This document shows positions 41,101 to 56,900 of a DNA stretch of 64,000 nt, in pieces. The notes below the pieces were generated by a model. It had not been told where the DNA came from. It did not search any database and saw only the letters and a list, made by a program, of their open reading frames with translations. Numbering within the stretch: position 1 is the first letter of the stretch; each line of letters begins with the position of its first letter. Source of the DNA: Eledone cirrhosa (lineage: Eukaryota); assembly GCA_964016885.1 (NCBI GenBank), contig CAXHJY010000184.1, positions 186,001 through 250,000 of the forward strand, in the 5' to 3' direction. The position numbers were made by a program, and so were the translations under genes.

Positions 41101-44100
41101 CAATCACTACAGGACTATAGTCTTTCCCAGTCACTACAGGACTACATTCTTTCCCAGTCACTACAGGACTATAGTCTTTCCCAATCACTACAGGACTATA
41201 GTCTTTCCCAGTCACTACAGGACTACATTCTTTCCCAGTCACTACAGGAGTATAGTCTTTCCCAGTCACTACAGGACTATAGTCTTTCCCAGTCACTACA
41301 GGACTATAGTCTTTCCCAGTCACTACAGGACTATAGTCTATCCCAATCACTACAGGACTATAGTCTTTCCCAGTCACTACAGGACTACATTCTTTCCCAG
41401 TCACTACAGGACTATAGTCTTTCCCAATCACCACAGGACTATAGTCTTTCCCAGTCACTACAGGACTATAGTCTTTCCCAATCACTACAGGACTATAGTC
41501 TTTCCCAGTCACTACAAGACTATAGTCTTTCCCAGTCACTACAAGGCTATAGTCTTGCCCAGTCAGTCACTACAGGACTATAGTCTTTTCCAGTCACTAC
41601 AGGACTATAGTCTTTCCCAGTCACTACAGGACTATAGTCTTTCCCAGTCACTACAGGACTATAGTCTTTCCCAGTCACTACAGGACTATAGTCTTTCCCA
41701 GTCACTACAAGACTATAGTCTTTCCCAGTCACTACAGGATTATAGTCTTTCCCAATCACTACAGGACTATAGTCTTTCCCAGTCACTACAGGACTATAGT
41801 CTTTCCCAGTCACTCCAGGACTATAGTATTTCCCAATCACTACAGGACTATAGTCTTTCCCAGTCACTACAGGACTATAGTCTTTCCCAGTCACTACAGG
41901 ACTATAGTCTTTCCCAAACACTACAGGACTATAGTCTTTCCCAATCACTACAGGACTATAGTCTTTCCCAGTCACTACAGGACTATAGTCTTTCCCAGTC
42001 ACTACAGCACTATAGTCTTTCCCAGTCACTACAGGACTATAGTCTTTCCCAATCACTACAGGACTATAGTCTTTCCCAGTCACTACAGGACTATAGACTT
42101 TCCCAGTCACTACAAGACTATAGTCTTTCCCAATCACTACAGGACTATAATCTTTCCCAATCACTACAGGACTATAGTCTTTCCCAATCACTAGAAGACT
42201 ATAGTCTTTCCCAGTCACTACAGGACTATAGTCTTTCCCAGTTACTACAGGACTATAGTCTTTCCCAGTCACTACAGGACTATAGTCTTTCCCAGTCACT
42301 ACAGCGCTATAGTCTTTCCCAGTCACTACAGGACTATAGTCTTTCCCAGTCACTACAGGACTATAGTCTTTCCCAGTCACTACAGGGCTATAGTCTTTCC
42401 CAGTCACTACAGGACTACATTCGTTCCCAGTCACTACAGGACTATAGTCTTTCCCAGTCACTACAGGACTATAGTCTTTCCCAGTCACTGCAGGACTATA
42501 GTCTTTCCCAGTCACTACAGGACTATAGTCTTTCCCAATCACTACAGGACTATAGTCTTTCCCAGTCACTACAGGACTACATTCTTTCCCAGTCACTAAA
42601 GGACTATAGTCTTTCCCAATCACTACAGGACTATAGTCTTTCCCAGTCACTACAGGACTACATTCTTTCCCAGTCACTACAGGACTATAGTCTTTCCCAG
42701 TCACTACAGGACTATAGTCTTTCCCAGTCACTACAGGACTATAGTCTTTCCCAGTCACTACAGGACTATAGTCTTTCCCAATCACTACAGGACTATAGTC
42801 TTTCCCAGTCACTACAGGACTACATTCTTTCCCAGTCACTACAGGACTATAGTCTTTCCCAATCACCACAGGACTATAGTCTTTCCCAGTCACTACAGGA
42901 CTATAGTCTTTCCCAGTCACTACAGGACTATAGTCTTTCCCAATCACTACAGGACTATAGTCTTTCCCAGTCACTACAGGACTACATTCTTTCCCAGTCA
43001 CTACAGGACTATAGTCATTCCCAGTCACTACAGGACTATAGTCTTTCCCAATCACTACAGGACTATAGTCTTTCCCAGTCACTACAGGACTACATTCTTT
43101 CCCAGTCACTACAGGACTATAGTCCTTCCCAGTCACTACAGGACTATAGCCTTTCCCAATCACCACAGGACTATAGTCTTTCCCAGTCACTACAGGACTA
43201 TAGTCTTTCCCAATCACTACAGGACTATAGTCTTTCCCAGTCACTACAAGACTATAGTCTTTCCCAGTCACTACAAGACTATAGTCTTGCCCAGTCAGTC
43301 ACTACAGGACTATAGTCTTTTCCAGTCACTACAGGACTATAGTCTTTCCCAGTCACTACAGGACTATAGTCTTTCCCAGTCACTACAGGACTATAGTCTT
43401 TCCCAGTCACTACAGGACTATAGTTTTTCCCAGTCACTACAGGACTATAGTCTTTTCCAATCACTACAGGACTACATTCTTTTCCAGTCACTACAGGACT
43501 ATAGTCTTTCCCAGTCACTACAGGACTATAGTCTTTCCCAGTCACTACAGGACTATAGTCTTTCCCAGTCACTACAGGACTATAGTTTTTCCCAGTCACT
43601 ACAGGACTATAGTCTTTCCCAATCACTACAGGACTATAGTCTTTCCCAATCACTACAGGACTATAGTCTTTCCCAATCAATACAAGACTATAGTCTTTCC
43701 CAGTCACTACAGGACTATAGTCTTTCCCAATCACTACAGGACTATAGTCTTTCCCAATCACTACAGGACTATAGTCTTTCCCAGTCACTACAGGACTATA
43801 GTCTTTCCCAGTCACTACAGGACTATAGTCTTTCCCAGTCACTACAGGACTATAGACTTTCCCAGTCACTACAAGACTATAGTCTTTCCCAATCACTACA
43901 GGACTATAGTCTTTCCCAATCACTACAGGACTATAGTCTTTCCCAGTCACTACAGGACTATAGTCTTTCCCAGTCACTACAGGACTATAGTCTTTCCCAG
44001 TCACTACAGGACTATAGTCTTTCCCAATCACTACAGGACTATAGTCTTTCCCAGTCACTACAGGACTATAGTCTTTCCCAGTCACTACAAGACTATAGTC

Positions 44101-47100
44101 TTTCCCAGTCACTACAGGATTATAGTCTTTCCCAATCACTACAGGACTATAGTCTTTCCCAGTCACTACAGGACTATAGTCTTTCCCAATCACTACAGGA
44201 CTATAGTCTTTCCCAGTCACTACAGGACTATAGTCTTTCCCAGTCACTACAGGACTATAGTCTTTCCCAGTCACTACAGGACTATAGTCTTTCCCAGTCA
44301 CTACAGGACTATAGTCTTTCCCAGTCACTACAGGACTATAGTCTTTCCCAATCACTACAGGACTATAGTCTTTCCCAGTCACTACAGGACTATAGTCTTT
44401 CCCAGTCGCTACAAGTCTATAGTCTTTCCCAGTCACTACAGGACTATAGTCTTTCCCAATCACTACAGGACTATAGTCTTTCCCAGTCACTACAGGACTA
44501 TAGTCTTTCCCAGTCACTACAGGACTATAGTCTTTCCCAGTCACTACAGGACTATAGTCTTTCCCAGTCACTACAGGACTATAGTCTTTCCCAGTCACTA
44601 CAAGACTATAGTCTTTCCCAATCACTACAGGACTATAGTCTTTCCCAATCACTACAGGACTATAGTCTTTCCCAATCACTACAGGACTATAGTCTTTCCC
44701 AGTCACTACAGGACTATAGTCTTTCCCAGTCACTACAGGACTATAGTCTTTCCCAGTCACTACAAGACTATAGTCTTTCCCAATCACTACAGGACTATAG
44801 TCTTTCCCAGTCACTACAGGACTATAGTCTTTCCCAATCACTACAGGACTATAGTCTTTCCCAGTCACTACAAGACTATAGTCTTTCCCAATCACTACAG
44901 GACTATAGTCTTTCCCAATCACTACAGGACTATAGTCTTTCCCAGTCACTACAGGACTATAGTCTTTCCCAGTCACTATAGGACTATAGTATTTCCCAGT
45001 CACTACAGGACTATAGTCTTTCCCAGTCACTACAGGACTATAGTCTTTCCCAGTCACTACAGGGCTATAGTCTTTCCCAGTCACTACATGACTACAGACT
45101 TTCCCAGTCACTACAGGACTATAGTCTTTCCCAGTCACTACAGGACTATAGTCTTTCCCAGTCACTACAGGACTATAGTCTTTCCCAATCACTACAGGAC
45201 TATAGTCTTTCCCAGTCACTACAGGACTATAGTCTTTCCCAGTCACTACAAGACTATAGTCTTTCCCAGTCACTACAGGATTATAGTCTTTCCCAATCAC
45301 TACAGGACTATAGTCTTTCCCAGTCACTACAGGACTATAGTCTTTCCCAGTCACTACAGGACTATAGTCTTTCCCAATCACTACAGGACTATAGTCTTTC
45401 CCAGTCACTACAGGACTATAGTCTTTCCCAGTCACTACAGGACTATAGTCTTTCCCAGTCACTACAGGACTATAGTCTTTCCCAATCACTACAGGACTAT
45501 AGACTTTCCCAGTCACTACAGGACTATAGTCTTTCCCAGTCACTACAAGACTATAGTCTTTCCCAGTCACTACAGGACTATAGTCTTTCCCAATCACTAC
45601 AGGACTATAGTCTTTCCCAGTCACTACAGGACTATAGTCTTTCCCAGTCACTACAGGACTATAGTCTTTCCCAGTCACTACAGGACTATAGTCTTTCCCA
45701 GTCACTACAGGACTATAGTCTTTCCCAGTCACTACAGGACTATAGTTTTTCCCAGTCACTACAAGACTATAGTCTTTCCCAATCACTACAGGACTATAGT
45801 CTTTCCCAATCACTACAGGACTATAGTCTTTCCCAATCACTACAGGACTATAGTCTTTCCCAGTCACTACAGGACTATAGTCTTTCCCAGTCACTACAAG
45901 ACTATAGTCTTTCCCAATCACTACAGGACTATAGACTTTCCCAATCACTACAGGACTATAGTCTTTCCCAATCACTACAAGACTATAGTCTTTCCCAGTC
46001 ACTACAGGACTATAGTCTTTCCCAGTTACTACAGGACTATAGTCTTTCCCAGTCAATACAGGACTATAGTCTTTCCCAGTCACTACAGGACTATAGTCTT
46101 TCCCAGTCACTACAGGACTATAGTCTTTCCCAGTCACTACAGGACTATAGTCTTTCCCAGTCACTACAGGGCTATAGTCTTTCACAGTCACTACAGGACT
46201 ATAGTCTTTCCCAATCACTACAGGACTACATTCTTTCCCAGTCACTACAGGACTATAGTCTTTCCCAGTCACTACAGGACTATAGTCTTTCCCAGTCAGT
46301 ACAGGACTATAGTCTTTCCCAGTCACTACAGGACTATAGTCTTTCCCAATCACTACAGGACTATAGTCTTTCCCAATCACTACAGGACTATAGTCTTTCC
46401 CAGTCACTACAGGACTACATTCTTTCCCAGTCACTACAGGACTATAGTCTTTCCCAATCACTACAGGACTATAGTCTTTCCCAGTCACTACAGGACTACA
46501 TTCTTTCCCAGTCACTACAGGAGTATAGTCTTTCCCAGTCACTACAGGACTATAGTCTTTCCCAGTCACTACAGGACTATAGTCTATCCCAATCACTACA
46601 GGACTATAGTCTTTCCCAGTCACTACAGGACTACATTCTTTCCCAGTCACTACAGGACTATAGTCTTTCCCAATCACCACAGGACTATAGTCTTTCCCAG
46701 TCACTACAGGACTATAGTCTTTCCCAATCACTACAGGACTATAGTCTTTCCCAGTCACTACAAGACTATAGTCTTTCCCAGTCACTACAAGGCTATAGTC
46801 TTGCCCAGTCAGTCACTACAGGACTATAGTCTTTTCCAGTCACTACAGGACTATAGTCTTTCCCAGTCACTACAGGACTATAGTCTTTCCCAGTCACTAC
46901 AGGACTATAGTCTTTCCCAGTCACTACAGGACTATAGTCTTTCCCAGTCACTACAAGACTATAGTCTTTCCCAGTCACTACAGGATTATAGTCTTTCCCA
47001 ATCACTACAGGACTATAGTCTTTCCCAGTCACTACAGGACTATAGTCTTTCCCAGTCACTCCAGGACTATAGTCTTTCCCAATCACTACAGGACTATAGT

Positions 47101-50100
47101 CTTTCCCAGTCACTACAGGACTATAGTCTTTCCCAGTCACTACAGGACTATAGTCTTTCCCAAACACTACAGGACTATAGTCTTTCCCAATCACTACAGG
47201 ACTATAGTCTTTCCCAGTCACTACAGGACTATAGTCTTTCCCAGTCACTACAGCACTATAGTCTTTCCCAGTCACTACAGGACTATAGTCTTTCCCAATC
47301 ACTACAGGACTATAGTCTTTCCCAGTCACTACAGGACTATAGTCTTTCCCAGTTACTACAAGACTATAGTCTTTACCAATCACTACAGGACTATAATCTT
47401 TCCCAATCACTACAGGACTATAGTCTTTCCCAATCACTACAAGACTATAGTCTTTCCCAGTCACTACAGGACTATAGTCTTTCCCAGTTACTACAGGACT
47501 ATAGTCTTTCCCAGTCACTACAGGACTATAGTCTTTCCCAGTCACTACAGCGCTATAGTCTTTCCCAGTCAATACAGGACTATAGTCTTTCCCAGTCACT
47601 ACAGGACTATAGTCTTTCCCAGTCACTACAGGGCTATAGTCTTTCCCAGTCACTACAGGACTACATTCGTTCCCAGTCACTACAGGACTATAGTCTTTCC
47701 CAGTCACTACAGGACTATAGTCTTTCCCAGTCACTACAGGACTATAGTCTTTCCCAGTCACTACAGGACTATAGTCTTTCCCAATCACTACAGGACTATA
47801 GTCTTTCCCAGTCACTACAGGACTACATTCTTTCCCAGTCACTACAGGACTATAGTCTTTCCCAATCACTACAGGACTATAGTCTTTCCCAGTCACTACA
47901 GGACTACATTCTTTCCCAGTCACTACAGGACTATAGTCTTTCCCAGTCACTACAGGACTATAGTCTTTCCCAGTCACTACAGGACTATAGTCTTTCCCAG
48001 TCACTACAGGACTATAGTCTTTCCCAATCACTACAGGACTATAGTCTTTCCCAGTCACTACAGGACTACATTCTTTCCCAGTCACTACAGGACTATAGTC
48101 TTTCCCAATCACCACAGGACTATAGTCTTTCCCAGTCACTACAGGACTATAGTCTTTCCCAATCACTACAGGACTATAGTCTTTCCCAGTCACTACAAGA
48201 CTATAGTCTTTCCCAGTCACTACAAGACTATAGTCTTGCCCAGTCAGTCACTACAGGACTATAGTCTTTTCCAGTCACTACAGGACTATAGTCTTTCCCA
48301 ATCACTACAGGACTATAGTCTTTCCCAATCAATACAAGACTATAGTCTTTCCCAGTCACTACAGGACTATAGTCTTTCCCAATCACTACAGGACTATAGT
48401 CTTTCCCAATCACTACAGGACTATAGTCTTTCCCAGTCACTACAGGACTATAGTCTTTCCCAGTCACTACAGGACTATAGTCTTTCCCAGTCACTACAGG
48501 ACTATAGACTTTCCCAGTCACTACAAGACTATAGTCTTTCCCAATCACTACAGGACTATAGTCTTTCCCAATCACTACAGGACTATAGTCTTTCCCAGTC
48601 ACTACAGGACTATAGTCTTTCCCAGTCACTACAGGACTATAGTCTTTCCCAGTCACTACAGGACTATAGTCTTTCCCAATCACTACAGGACTATAGTCTT
48701 TCCCAGTCACTACAGGACTATAGTCGTTCCCAGTCACTACAAGACTATAGTCTTTCCCAGTCACTACAGGATTATAGTCTTTCCCAATCACTACAGGACT
48801 ATAGTCTTTCCCAGTCACTACAGGACTATAGTCTTTCCCAATCACTACAGGACTATAGTCTTTCCCAGTCACTACAGGACTATAGTCTTTCCCAGTCACT
48901 ACAGGACTATAGTCTTTCCCAGTCACTACAGGACTATAGTCTTTCCCAGTCACTACAGGACTATAGTCTTTCCCAGTCACTACAGGACTATAGTCTTTCC
49001 CAATCACTACAGGACTATAGTCTTTCCCAGTCACTACAGGACTATAGTCTTTCCCAGTCACTACAAGACTATAGTCTTTCCCAGTCACTACAGGACTATA
49101 GTCTTTCCCAATCACTACAGGACTATAGTCTTTCCCAGTCACTACAGGACTATAGTCTTTCCCAGTCACTACAGGACTATAGTCTTTCCCAGTCACTACA
49201 GGACTATAGTCTTTCCCAGTCACTACAGGACTATAGTCTTTCCCAGTCACTACAAGACTATAGTCTTTCCCAATCACTACAGGACTATAGTCTTTCCCAA
49301 TCACTACAGGACTATAGTCTTTCCCAATCACTACAGGACTATAGTCTTTCCCAGTCACTACAGGACTATAGTCTTTCCCAGTCACTACAGGACTATAGTC
49401 TTTCCCAGTCACTACAGGACTATAGTCTTTCCCAGTCACTACAAGACTATAGTCTTTCCCAATCACTACAGGACTATAGTCTTTCCCAGTCACTACAGGA
49501 CTATAGTCTTTCCCAATCACTACAGGACTATAGTCTTTCCCAGTCACTACAAGACTATAGTCTTTCCCAATCACTACAGGACTATAGTCTTTCCCAATCA
49601 CTACAGGACTATAGTCTTTCCCAGTCACTACAGGACTATAGTCTTTCCCAGTCACTATAGGACTATAGTATTTCCCAGTCACTACAGGACTATAGTCTTT
49701 CCCAGTCACTACAGGACTATAGTCTTTCCCAGTCACTACAGGGCTATAGTCTTTCCCAGTCACTACATGACTACAGACTTTCCCAGTCACTACAGGACTA
49801 TAGTCTTTCCCAGTCACTACAGGACTATAGTCTTTCCCAGTCACTACAGGACTATAGTCTTTCCCAATCACTACAGGACTATAGTCTTTCCCAGTCACTA
49901 CAGGACTACATTCTTTCCCAGTCACTACAGGACTATAGTCTTTCCCAATCACTACAGGACTATAGTCTTTCCCAGTCACTACAGGACTACATTCTTTCCC
50001 AGTCACTACAGGAGTATAGTCTTTCCCAGTCACTACAGGACTATAGTCTTTCCCAGTCACTACAGGACTATAGTCTATCCCAATCACTACAGGACTATAG

Positions 50101-52443
50101 TCTTTCCCAGTCACTACAGGACTATAGTCTTTCCCAGTCACTACAGGACTATAGTCTTTCCCAGTCACTACAAGACTATAGTCTTTCCCAATCACTACAG
50201 GACTATAGTCTTTCCCAATCACTACAAGACTATAGTCTTTCCCAGTCACTACAGGACTATAGTCTTTCCCAGTTACTACAGGACTATAGTCTTTCCCAGT
50301 CAATACAGGACTATAGTCTTTCCCAGTCACTACAGGACTATAGTCTTTCCCAGTCACTACAGGACTATAGTCTTTCCCAGTCACTACAGGACTATAGTCT
50401 TTCCCAGTCACTACAGGGCTATAGTCTTTCACAGTCACTACAGGACTATAGTCTTTCCCAATCACTACAGGACTACATTCTTTCCCAGTCACTACAGGAC
50501 TATAGTCTTTCCCAGTCACTACAGGACTATAGTCTTTCCCAGTCAGTACAGGACTATAGTCTTTCCCAGTCACTACAGGACTATAGTCTTTCCCAATCAC
50601 TACAGGACTATAGTCTTTCCCAGTCACTACAGGACTACATTCTTTCCCAGTCACTACAGGACTATAGTCTTTCCCAATCACTACAGGACTATAGTCTTTC
50701 CCAGTCACTACAGGACTACATTCTTTCCCAGTCACTACAGGAGTATAGTCTTTCCCAGTCACTACAGGACTATAGTCTTTCCCAGTCACTACAGGACTAT
50801 AGTCTATCCCAATCACTACAGGACTATAGTCTTTCCCAGTCACTACAGGACTACATTCTTTCCCAGTCACTACAGGACTATAGTCTTTCCCAATCACCAC
50901 AGGACTATAGTCTTTCCCAGTCACTACAGGACTATAGTCTTTCCCAATCACTACAGGACTATAGTCTTTCCCAGTCACTACAAGACTATAGTCTTTCCCA
51001 GTCACTACAAGGCTATAGTCTTGCCCAGTCAGTCACTACAGGACTATAGTCTTTTCCAGTCACTACAGGACTATAGTCTTTCCCAGTCACTACAGGACTA
51101 TAGTCTTTCCCAGTCACTACAGGACTATAGTCTTTCCCAGTCACTACAGGACTATAGTCTTTCCCAGTCACTACAAGACTATAGTCTTTCCCAGTCACTA
51201 CAGGATTATAGTCTTTCCCAATCACTACAGGACTATAGTCTTTCCCAGTCACTACAGGACTATAGTCTTTCCCAGTCACTCCAGGACTATAGTCTTTCCC
51301 AATCACTACAGGACTATAGTCTTTCCCAGTCACTACAGGACTATAGTCTTTCCCAGTCACTACAGGACTATAGTCTTTCCCAAACACTACAGGACTATAG
51401 TCTTTCCCAATCACTACAGGACTATAGTCTTTCCCAGTCACTACAGGACTATAGTCTTTCCCAGTCACTACAGCACTATAGTCTTTCCCAGTCACTACAG
51501 GACTATAGTCTTTCCCAATCACTACAGGACTATAGTCTTTCCCAGTCACTACAGGACTATAGTCTTTCCCAGTCACTACAAGACTATAGTCTTTACCAAT
51601 CACTACAGGACTATAATCTTTCCCAATCACTACAGGACTATAGTCTTTCCCAATCACTACAAGACTATAGTCTTTCCCAGTCACTACAGGACTATAGTCT
51701 TTCCCAGTTACTACAGGACTATAGTCTTTCCCAGTCACTACAGTACTATAGTCTTTCCCAGTCACTACAGCGCTATAGTCTTTCCCAGTCACTACAGGAC
51801 TATAGTCTTTCCCAGTCACTACAGGACTATAGTCTTTCCCAGTCACTACAGGGCTATAGTCTTTCCCAGTCACTACAGGACTACATTCGTTCCCAGTCAC
51901 TACAGGACTATAGTCTTTCCCAGTCACTACAGGACTATAGTCTTTCCCAGTCACTACAGGACTATAGTCTTTCCCAGTCACTACAGGACTATAGTCTTTC
52001 CCAATCACTACAGGACTATAGTCTTTCCCAGTCACTACAGGACTACATTCTTTCCCAGTCACTACAGGACTATAGTCTTTCCCAATCACTACAGGACTAT
52101 AGTCTTTCCCAGTCACTACAGGACTACATTCTTTCCCAGTCACTACAGGACTATAGTCTTTCCCAGTCACTACAGGACTATAGTCTTTCCCAGTCACTAC
52201 AGGACTATAGTCTTTCCCAGTCACTACAGGACTATAGTCTTTCCCAATCACTACAGGACTATAGTCTTTCCCAGTCACTACAGGACTACATTCTTTCCCA
52301 GTCACTACAGGACTATAGTCTTTCCCAATCACCACAGGACTATAGTCTTTCCCAGTCACTACAGGACTATAGTCTTTCCCAATCACTACAGGACTATAGT
52401 CTTTCCCAGTCACTACAAGACTATAGTCTTTCCCAGTCACTAC
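38164..52443 (+). repeat. Three-copy A+B higher-order repeat (periods 5111, 4949, 4220 bp)
   Basis: A blocks start at 38164, 43275 and 48224 (markers CAATCAATACAAG, CACTATAGG, ATGACTACAGAC, GGAGTATAG). B blocks start at 41543, 46789 and 51009 with the sub-variant AAGGCTATAGTCTTGCC and carry CACTCCAGG, CCAAACAC, CAGCGCTATAG and CATTCGTTCCC. Confidence 0.88.
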
Positions 52444-53959
52444 AAGACTATAGTCTTGCCCAGTCAGTCACTACAGGACTATAGTCTTTTCCAGTCACTA
52501 CAGGACTATAGTCTTTCCCAGTCACTACAGGACTATAGTCTTTCCCAGTCACTACAGGACTATAGTCTTTCCCAGTCACTACAGGACTATAGTCTTTCCC
52601 AATCACTACAGGACTACATTCTTTCCCAGTCACTACAGGACTATAGTCTTTCCCAGTGACTACAGGACTATAGTCTTTCCCAGTCACTACAGGACTATAG
52701 TCTTTCCCAGTCACTACAGGACTATAGTTTTTCCCAGTCACTACAGGACTATAGTCTTTCCCAATCACTACAGGACTATAGTCTTTCCCAATCACTACAG
52801 GACTATAGTCTTTCCCAATCACTACAGGACTATAGTCTTTCCCAGTCACTACAGGACTATAGTCATTCCCAGTCACTACAGGACTATAGTCTTTCCCAGT
52901 CACTACAGGACTACATTCTTTCCCAGTCACTACAGGACTATAGTCTTTCCCAATCACTACAGGACTATAGTCTTTCCCAGTCACTACAGCACTATAGTCT
53001 TTCCCAGTCACTACAGGACTATAGTCTTTCCCAATCACTACAGGACTATAGTCTTTCCCAGTCACTACAGGACTATAGTCTTTCCCAGTCACTAGAAGAC
53101 TATAGTCTTTACCAATCACTACAGGACTATAATCTTTCCCAATCACTACAGGACTATAGTCTTTCCCAATCACTACAAGACTATAGTCTTTCCCAGTCAC
53201 TACAGGACTATAGTCTTTCCCAGTTACTACAGGACTATAGTCTTTCCCAGTCACTACAGGACTATAGTCTTTCCCAGTCACTACAGCGCTATAGTCTTTC
53301 CCAGGCACTACAGGACTATAGTCTTTCCCAGTCACTACAGGACTATAGTCTTTCCCAGTCACTACAGGGCTATAGTCTTTCCCAGTCACTACAGGACTAC
53401 ATTCGTTCCCAGTCACTACAGGACTATAGTCTTTCCCAGTCACTACAGGACTATAGTCTTTCCCAGTCACTACAGGACTATAGTCTTTCCCAGTCACTAC
53501 AGGACTATAGTCTTTCCCAATCACTACAGGACTATAGTCTTTCCCAGTCACTACAGGACTACATTCTTTCCCAGTCACTACAGGACTATAGTCTTTCCCA
53601 ATCACTACAGGACTATAGTCTTTCCCAGTCACTACAGGACTACATTCTTTCCCAGTCACTACAGGACTATAGTCTTTCCCAGTCACTACAGGACTATAGT
53701 CTTTCCCAGTCACTACAGGACTATAGTCTTTCCCAGTCACTACAGGACTATAGTCTTTCCCAATCACTACAGGACTATAGTCTTTCCCAGTCACTACAGG
53801 ACTACATTCTTTCCCAGTCACTACAGGACTATAGTCTTTCCCAATCACCACAGGACTATAGTCTTTCCCAGTCACTACAGGACTATAGTCTTTCCCAATC
53901 ACTACAGGACTATAGTCTTTCCCAGTCACTACAAGACTATAGTCTTTCCCAGTCACTAC

Positions 53960-56900
53960 AAGACTATAGTCTTGCCCAGTCAGTCACTACAGGACTATAG
54001 TCTTTTCCAGTCACTACAGGACTATAGTCTTTCCCAGTCACTACAGGACTATAGTCTTTCCCAGTCACTACAGGACTATAGTCTTTCCCAGTCACTACAG
54101 GACTATAGTCTTTCCCAATCACTACAGGACTACATTCTTTCCCAGTCACTACAGGACTATAGTCTTTCCCAGTGACTACAGGACTATAGTCTTTCCCAGT
54201 CACTACAGGACTATAGTCTTTCCCAGTCACTACAGGACTATAGTTTTTCCCAGTCACTACAGGACTATAGTCTTTCCCAATCACTACAGGACTATAGTCT
54301 TTCCCAATCACTACAGGACTATAGTCTTTCCCAATCACTACAGGACTATAGTCTTTCCCAGTCACTACAGGACTATAGTCATTCCCAGTCACTACAGGAC
54401 TATAGTCTTTCCCAGTCACTACAGGACTACATTCTTTCCCAGTCACTACAGGACTATAGTCTTTCCTAATCACTACAGGACTATAGTCTTTCCCAGTCAC
54501 TACAGGACTATAGTCTTTCCCAGTCACTACAGGACTATAGTCTTTCCCAATCACTACAGGACTATAGTCTTTCCCAGTCACTACAGGACTATAGTCTTTC
54601 CCAGTCACTACAGGACTATAGTCTTTCCCAGTCACTACAGGACTATAGTCTTTCCGAGTCACTACAGGACTATAGTCTTTCCCAGACACTACAGGACTAT
54701 AGTCTTTCCCAGTCACTACAGGACTATAGTCTTTCCCAGTCACTACAGGACTATAGTCTTTCCCAGTCACTACAGGACTATAGTCCTTCCCAGTCGCTAC
54801 AGGACTATAGTCTTTCCCAATCACTACAGGACTATAGTCGTTCCCAGTCACTACAGGACTATAGTCTTTCCCAATCACTACAGGACTATAGTCTTTCCCA
54901 GTCACTACAGGACTACATTCTTTCCCGGTCACTACAGGACTATAGTCCTTCCCAGTCACTACAGGACTATAGTCTTTCCCAATCACCACAGGACTATAGT
55001 CTTTCCCAGTCACTACAGGACTATAGTCTTTCCCAATCACTACAGGACTATAGTATTTCCCAGTCACTACAGGACTATAGTCTTTCCCAGTCACTACAGG
55101 ACTATAGTCTTTCCCAGTCACTACAGGACTATAGTCTTTCCCAGTCACTACAGGACTATAGTCTTTTCCAATCACTACAGGACTACATTCTTTCCCAGTC
55201 ACTACAGGACTATAGTCTTTCCCAGTCACTACAGGACTATAGTCTTTCCCAGTCACTACAGGACTATAGTCTTTCCCAGTCACTACAGGACTATAGTCTT
55301 TTCCAATCACTACAGGACTACATTCTTTCCCAGTCACTACAGGACTATAGTCTTTCCCAGTCACTACAGGACTATAGTCTTTCCCAGTCACTACAGGACT
55401 ATAGTCTTTCCCAGTCACTACAGGACTATAGTTTTTCCCAGTCACTACAGGACTATAGTCTTTCCCAATCACTACAGGACTATAGTCTTTCCCAATCACT
55501 ACAGGACTATAGTCTTTCCCAATCACTACAAGACTATAGTCTTTCCCAGTCACTACAGGACTATAGTCTTTCCCAATCACTACAGGACTATAGTCTTTCC
55601 CAATCACTACAGGACTATAGTCTTTCCCAGTCACTACAGGACTATAGTCTTTCCCAGTCACTACAGGACTATAGTCTTTCCCAGTCACTACAGGACTATA
55701 GTCTTTCCCAGTCACTACAAGACTATAGTCTTTCCCAATCACTACAGGACTATAGTCTTTCCCAATCACTACAGGACTATAGTCTTTCCCAGTCACTACA
55801 GGACTATAGTCTTTCCCAGTCACTACAGGACTATAGTCTTTCCCAGTCACTACAGGACTATAGTCTTTCCCAATCACTACAGGACTATAGTCTTTCCCAG
55901 TCACTACAGGACTACATTCTTTCCCAGTCACTACAGGACTATAGTCTTTCCCAGTCACTACAGGACTATAGTCTTTCCCAGTCACTACAGGACTATAGTA
56001 TTTCCCAGTCACTACAGGACTATAGTCTTTCCCAGTCACTACAGGACTATAGTCTTTCCCAGTCACTACAGGGCTATAGTCTTTCCCAGTCACTACAGGA
56101 CTACAGTCTTTCCCAGTCACTACAGGACTATAGTCTTTCCCAGTCACTACAGGACTATAGTCTTTCGCAGTCACTACAGGACTATAGTCTTTCCCAATCA
56201 CTACAGGACTATAGTCTTTCCCAATCACTACAGGACTATAGTCTTTCCCAGTCACTGCAGGACTATAGTCTTTCCCAATCACTACAGGACTATAGTCTTT
56301 CCCAATCACTACAGGACTATAGTCTTTCCCAGTCACTACAAGACTATAGTCTTTCCCAATCACTACAGGACTATAGTCTTTCCCAATCACTACAGGACTA
56401 TAGTCTTTCCCAGTCACTACAGGACTATAGTCTTTCCCAGTCACTACAGGACTATAGTATTTCCCAGTCACTACAGGACTATAGTCTTTCCCAGTCACTA
56501 CAGGACTATAGTCTTTCCCAGTCACTACAGGGCTATAGTCTTTCCCAGTCACTACATGACTACAGACTTTCCCAGTCACTACAGGACTATAGTCTTTCCC
56601 AGTCACTACAGGACTATAGTCTTTCCCAGTCACTACAGGACTATAGTCTTTCCCAATCACTACAGGACTATAGTCTTTCCCAGTCACTACAGGACTATAG
56701 TCTTTCCCAGTCACTACAAGACTATAGTCTTTCCCAGTCACTACAGGATTATAGTCTTTCCCAATCACTACAGGACTATAGTCTTTCCCAGTCACTACAG
56801 GACTATAGTCTTTCCCAGTCACTACAGGACTATAGTCTTTCCCAATCACTACAGGACTATAGTCTTTCCCAGTCACTACAGGACTATAGTCTTTCCCAGT

